Origin: Priapulus caudatus
Lineage: Eukaryota
Length of the DNA: 64,000 nucleotides
Direction of reading: 5' to 3'
Assembly: GCF_000485595.1 (NCBI RefSeq)
Contig: NW_014577075.1
Span: forward strand, 306,235 to 370,234
Within the stretch, counting starts at the first letter, position 1. Each line of letters begins with the position of its first letter. Below the pieces are notes generated by a model. The model had not been told where the DNA came from. It searched no databases and was given only the letters and a program-made list of their open reading frames with translations. A program made the position numbers and the translations under genes. Below, one piece after another: positions 53,592-64,000 of this stretch.

Positions 53592-53655
<64 letters not shown>
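53533..53655. repeat. Interrupted (CTG)n trinucleotide repeat
   Basis: Direct reading. Confidence 0.95.
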
Positions 53656-53657
<2 letters not shown>

Positions 53658-54748
53658 GGGGGAGGGCGCCGTGTGCAGGGGGAGAGCTACGCTAAGTCTC
53701 TGTGCGGGCAGACCGGGGGCTGCGTGTGTGTCTTTAGGGGGCGTCGACAAACAGGCATGTGAAAACAGCCGGTACCGCGGGCGCGACAATGCGTGCTGCG
53801 AGTGAGAGAGAGACCTATCCCCACCGGTGTGCGGAATATGTACACACACACACATACACACACACACACANNNNNNNNNNNNNNNNNNNNNNNNNNNNNN
53901 NNNNNNNNNNNNNNNNNNNNNNNNNNNNNNNNNNNNNNNNNNNNNNNNNNNNNNNNNNNNNNNNNNNNNNNNNNNNNNNNNNNNNNNNNNNNNNNNNNNN
54001 NNNNNNNNNNNNNNNNNNNNNNNNNNNNNNNNNNNNNNNNNNNNNNNNNNNNNNNNNNNNNNNNNNNNNNNNNNNNNNNNNNNNNNNNNNNNNNNNNNNN
54101 NNNNNNNNNNNNNNNNNNNNNNNNNNNNNNNNNNNNNNNNNNNNNNNNNNNNNNNNNNNNNNNNNNNNNNNNNNNNNNNNNNNNNNNNNNNNNNNNNNNN
54201 NNNNNNNNNNNNNNNNNNNNNNNNNNNNNNNNNNNNNNNNNNNNNNNNNNNNNNNNNNNNNNNNNNNNNNNNNNNNNNNNNNNNNNNNNNNNNNNNNNNN
54301 NNNNNNNNNNNNNNNNNNNNNNNNNNNNNNNNNNNNNNNNNNNNNNNNNNNNNNNNNNNNNNNNNNNNNNNNNNNNNNNNNNNNNNNNNNNNNNNNNNNN
54401 NNNNNNNNNNNNNNNNNNNNNNNNNNNNNNNNNNNNNNNNNNNNNNNNNNNNNNNNNNNNNNNNNNNNNNNNNNNNNNNNNNNNNNNNNNNNNNNNNNNN
54501 NNNNNNNNNNNNNNNNNNNNNNNNNNNNNNNNNNNNNNNNNNNNNNNNNNNNNNNNNNNNNNNNNNNNNNNNNNNNNNNNNNNNNNNNNNNNNNNNNNNN
54601 NNNNNNNNNNNNNNNNNNNNNNNNNNNNNNNNNNNNNNNNNNNNNNNNNNNNNNNNNNNNNNNNNNNNNNNNNNNNNNNNNNNNNNNNNNNNNNNNNNNN
54701 NNNNNNNNNNNNNNNNNNNNNNNNNNNNNNNNNNNNNNNNNNNNNNNN

Positions 54749-54783
<35 letters not shown>

Positions 54784-55080
54784 CATTTCGTACACACACA
54801 CGACGATGCTTCCTGCATGGAGAGAGAACGTGGGGAACGCGGGGAACGTGTGGAACACGCGGGAAAGGTTTGCGCGCGCGATTACGTGTAACATTTGCCG
54901 CGTTCATCGCCTTTGTGCGCAGCGGTTTTCACCTGAGGTGTGCGCGATATTATGTAGGGCAATGTCATAGAAATATTAAGCATTGTCAGAGTAAAATATG
55001 TGCGAGGTTGCCTTGGGAAAAGAGACGCCCGGGCACTACTCCAGTGCACGTATAGTTGCGCGCGCATTCATACATCCATA

Positions 55081-55112
<32 letters not shown>

Positions 55113-55199
55113 TGCACGCACGGACCGACGTATTTGCTCGCGCGCAAGCACACGTATGCGCACCATGAACGCATTTATTCGTATGCAAAAACTCATATA

Positions 55200-55243
<44 letters not shown>

Positions 55244-55817
55244 CACACGGATATACTCCCAGCGCGCACGCTTAAAATGCAACGCTTTTCGCACTTACTA
55301 GTATTGATTGGCATTGAATAGAAAACTCACTTGACAAACTACCTCATTTGCGTACTAACCGTATAGCGTCGATGAATAGGATACCGTGTGTCTGCAAGCA
55401 TTTCATTTCGCCTCATTATTTCTGGCGGGCTGAGGTAAAAAAAAAAAGCTTCGCAATTTCCATCACAAACGCGGCGAAACAATGTGCATCGCCGCCGGTT
55501 TGCGTTTCGCGAACACACGATATTTCACGCATCACTAGATAGCGATAACGCGGCCGTCCTTGCGGGCGAGTTTAATGCACCGCTTTTCAATCATTCACTT
55601 TCTCACCGGCGTTAATAACAAACTCGCTTGCATCTCATAAAAAAACACAAGATCGCGCCACACACGTGTTTCGCGGCGACAATGCCTCGCCGAGCAAGAG
55701 CTCCCGCAAACAAGCAAACACGGAGCGGAGGCTGCCACCCCCTGTACGAGCCCGGCTAGCGCTGAAGTGGCCGACTGGGCGGTTAGTAGGCCTACAAGCT
55801 GACTCCGTGTTGCACAG

Positions 55818-56045
55818 GTGGTAGAATTAATATAAAGAAATCTTTACGGCTCTCACAGCGCAGTTCTGCAGCAGCGCGCACAATAGAGCGAACCAGGACA
55901 CGGATGCAAGATCCGAATACAAATGAGTTTTGTCGAGCACTTGCTAGAATTTGCACCAGCACCCTCTCAGTGGGTCTCGCCGCCTCTCTCGTGCGTGTAC
56001 GCCAGAGTATACTTGCAGGTATCTTAGGCATGGTGTGGCCCCAAG
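55818..56045 (+). CDS. Candidate exon: coiled coil and possible start of a VWC module
   Basis: Acceptor TTGCACAG. One frame reads IRIQMSFVEHLLEF...SPPLSCVYARVY, reminiscent of the thrombospondin oligomerisation end (xxFLRxxIxEC) and a VWC start (PPLCxxxGxxY). Possible donors CAG|GTATCT or AAG|GTACAG. Frameshifted. Confidence 0.3.
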
Positions 56046-56250
56046 GTACAGTCGTCGTAGCAACGAAGATGCGCGCACAGGCACGTGAACGGGGCGCGAG
56101 TTTCCTGAGAGAAAGCAATTAAGCAGATTTTCGTTAGGTGTAATGGGATGGCAATTAATTGCCTAATCGAGAGGCGAGAACGAACGAACGAAGATGTGGG
56201 CGCTTGGTTGTGTGAGCGAGCGAGAGATAAATAGATAGATGGATAGATGG

Positions 56251-56348
<98 letters not shown>

Positions 56349-56846
56349 AGACCTCTCAGCCGCTCATCTCTCTTGCCTCGCTCTGCTCTCTCTCCTCTCT
56401 CTCGATCTCTCTTCTCTCTCTCTCTCGCGCGCGGGCGCGCGCGCCGGTCTCTCTCTCGTCTCTCTTCTCCATCTCTCTTCGGAATATCTGCTCTGCTCTC
56501 TCTCTCTCTCTCTCTCCTCTGCTCTCTGCTCTCTCTCTGCGCGCGGGCGCGCTCGTCTCTTCTCTCTCTCTCTCTCTCTCTCGTTCATCTCTCTCTTCTC
56601 TCTCTTATCTCGGCTCTCTCGGTCAGCGTCTCTCTCTTCTCTCTCTCTCTCGTTCTCTCTTACTCCGCGAGCTGCGCGGCCCTCTTCGTCTACTCTCTCT
56701 GCTCTCCGCCCTGCTCTCGCGTCCACTCTCTCTCTGTCGTCTCTTTCTCTCTCTCTCTCCTCTTCTCTCCTTCTCTCTCCGTCTCTCTGCTCTCGTCTTC
56801 CAACTNNNNNNNNNNNNNNNNNNNNNNNNNCATATAAAATACTCAT

Positions 56847-61676
<4,830 letters not shown>

Positions 61677-62581
61677 ATATTATATATAACATTATATATA
61701 TATATATATATGCGTGCGTGGGCGTACGTGCTTGGGCGTGCGTGCGTGCGTGTGCTCGCGTTCGTGCGTGTGTCTGCACTGCAGGCAGGGTCGTACGTGG
61801 GTGTGCGTGTATGCGTGTGTAGATCTATGTGTGCGCGCACACTATGCAGCAGGAGCGCAGTTATTAACGCAACCACTCTCTGCAAAACTAGTAAAATGGC
61901 AACATTCTGCTCTTCATTTATCATACTGCCGTGGACGGAGCACGCGATTGCGTTTTGGGGGAAATAAGGGAGTCACGACATCGGGCACTAATAACCCACG
62001 CGTTGCTATTAGTACTAAGTAGGCAGCCATAATTAAGCCGCCGTCATGCCTGCAACCTGCAGTATAATAGGGAGGCCTACCTAGAGCAGGGCTCGACGTG
62101 TGCGATTATATTGATATGTGATTATAATGATAATTCATAATGTAATAAAATTATATAATATGTTTTGTTGGTAAGGTTATCTAAATGCAATTTAGATTCA
62201 TATTAGAGTAATTAGATTATTATTTATTTAATTTTGTGTGTGTATGGTAGATAATTTAGGCTATATTTCGTTATGGTATATAATTTTGTTGAAAAGGTCT
62301 TTGATGATGATTCGATCTATGATTTACGCGGGTAGTGTTGCTTTACTTAAAGATTATATTGCACATTATAAAAAATAGTCTTGTGAATGAAATTAGAAGA
62401 AGAAATATAGTCTTTAGAGGATTATGGAACATACACGGATGTACAGTCAAAATACAAACCATGCACATTTTGGTGTATTTACACGACATTTGATATCTAT
62501 GCTCGGCTCATGTGTGCACTCTTATGTCTATACTGCAGAGGGGATAGTAATAAGCCTGCGTGGTATCTATTGATGTTTTAA

Positions 62582-63299
62582 GGATACTCTCAAGGTTTTA
62601 GGAAATTTTTTACCGATTTTTCATTTTCAACTTTATTCGATGGCTAACACTATGTGCCACCTGTGTACGAGCTCATTTCTCCATATAACGGTACATGTGA
62701 ACTGTCAGAGCGTTTTGGTTGCCCGCGTACATGTGTAGTGAGCCGCGGCTGACGTCACAAAAACGCTGATTTCTCCGTTCCAATTTCTGACTTAGTAGTC
62801 GATGTATAAATGGATATTTCTCTGTGATTACAACTCGGAATAATATAATTTTACACTCGTTTTAATGGTAACATATTGCTGTAAAAAAAAGTGCGTCAGG
62901 GATTGTTATTAAGTGCCGTATTTTATGAGTTATGTCTTTTTATTAGCAAACATTTTTAATTCAAACGTGCGACTTGAATTTTAGACAGTTTTTTTATTTT
63001 TCTCTGTAAATATGAAACTTGAAGAAAAATCCTGATGCGCTATTTTGGTACATATTGTGCTTAACATGTGGCAAAAATTTTGTATCCTCACTCTTTCTGG
63101 TAATTGAGAAATATCCAAAATACCATTTTTACATAAAAATTCAAAATTTTTGTGGTAATATCATTAGGTGCTAGAAATTTCCTAAAAAAATTTACCTTGA
63201 GCATAGAGATATCTCCTCTATAAATAAAACAAGTGATTGATTCGATTCATTCATTTTAATCTTCATTAGAGCAATACCCGTGCAAGGTTGAGAGTATCT
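62582..63299. mobile_element. Non-autonomous Kolobok-type element
   Basis: TTAA|GGATACTCTCAA ... TTGAGAGTATCT|TTAA. TTAA TSD with purine-purine termini (piggyBac would have YY). AT-rich non-coding interior. Confidence 0.75.
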
Positions 63300-63479
63300 T
63301 TAACCTATTTTAGCGCGCATAAAAACGTGTATGGTAAAAGTTAGAGCCTGTATTGGCCTACATTAGCGTGTACTGGTGTAGTAGTGATATAGCCTTTGTC
63401 ACAAGTTTGTGTGTAATTATAATATCGTGTATTAGAAATTGTGTTGTAAATACTGTAGGATATATAAGCCTGTATTAGT

Positions 63480-63700
63480 ATCAGCGTGTGTTGAGACATT
63501 TGCGTGCGAGGGTGACACAAATCTGACAGAAATTTGACAAAGAATTACAGATCTGCTTATAGTCTTTGGTGCTGAAGAAGCGACGTGTATCTTCTAATTC
63601 AATGCGCTCATGCACTTCTGTTGTCGCATTATCTGAGCGTGAAGTGAGTGTGAGAGAATGATATAGGCCGTTAAGCCTTACTGATGACACAACCTCGGAG
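63480..63700 (-). pseudogene. Decayed 3' end of a CR1-type LINE ORF2
   Basis: Minus ORF ...ELEDTRRFFSTKDYKQICNSLSN...TLARKCLN resembles the CR1 C-terminal RKxFFSxRVVxxWNSLP...SLxxFKxxL motif. Confidence 0.45.
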
Positions 63701-64000
63701 AGAAAAAGATAGATCACCAAGGAAGGAGAAGGGAAACAGAGAAGAAGAGCCGAGGGCGAGAGAAAGAGAGGGAGGGGAAAGAGGGCGAGAAAGGCAGAGC
63801 TCAGATAGGCATGAACTTAACGTGAAAATGCGTCTATATAAGCCTCCTGTGTCCTTTAATCACGTTCATGTTGCGTGCGCGGATAGATGGATAGACAAAT
63901 AGGTGGGTGAATAGAGAGATAAGAGGTTTACGACACGACAATTTCGCAAACACCGTGCGTGATTTATCCAGACAAAGTACAATCGAAGTTAATTCGATTT

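Noticed and set aside
53533..53655. Poly-Ala/Gln/Leu coding potential of (CTG)n tracts (also 21351-21455)
   Set aside because: No supporting splice sites or flanking coding signal; treated as microsatellites.

Overview
Eukaryotic (animal-like) genomic DNA from a gapped draft assembly. It is dominated by microsatellites, minisatellites and short non-autonomous DNA transposons, and carries (TTAGGG)n-type telomere-like repeats. Nearly all ORFs in the supplied track are artefacts of simple repeats. The one plausible host gene is a + strand, intron-containing gene for a secreted protein. It has a clean signal-peptide exon (27715-27787) and weaker, frameshifted exon candidates resembling a TSPN/laminin-G domain, a coiled coil and possibly a VWC start (thrombospondin/NELL/kielin-like architecture). 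TIR and TSD structure allowed calls for hAT-, P-like-, MULE-, PIF/Harbinger-, Kolobok- and IS3EU-type MITEs and a Helentron-associated element. There are also decayed LINE and Gypsy/Ginger-type integrase remnants. The most unusual signal is a recurring set of 32-41 bp CA...TG palindromes with 7-bp flanking duplications, which look like P-element-type excision footprints. A 5071-bp-offset exact duplication (40.6-48.8 kb) and a ~1.4-1.9 kb inverted duplication (56.8-61.7 kb) abut N-gaps and are probably assembly artefacts. No rRNA, tRNA or CRISPR was found. All family assignments are by eye and no database search was run.
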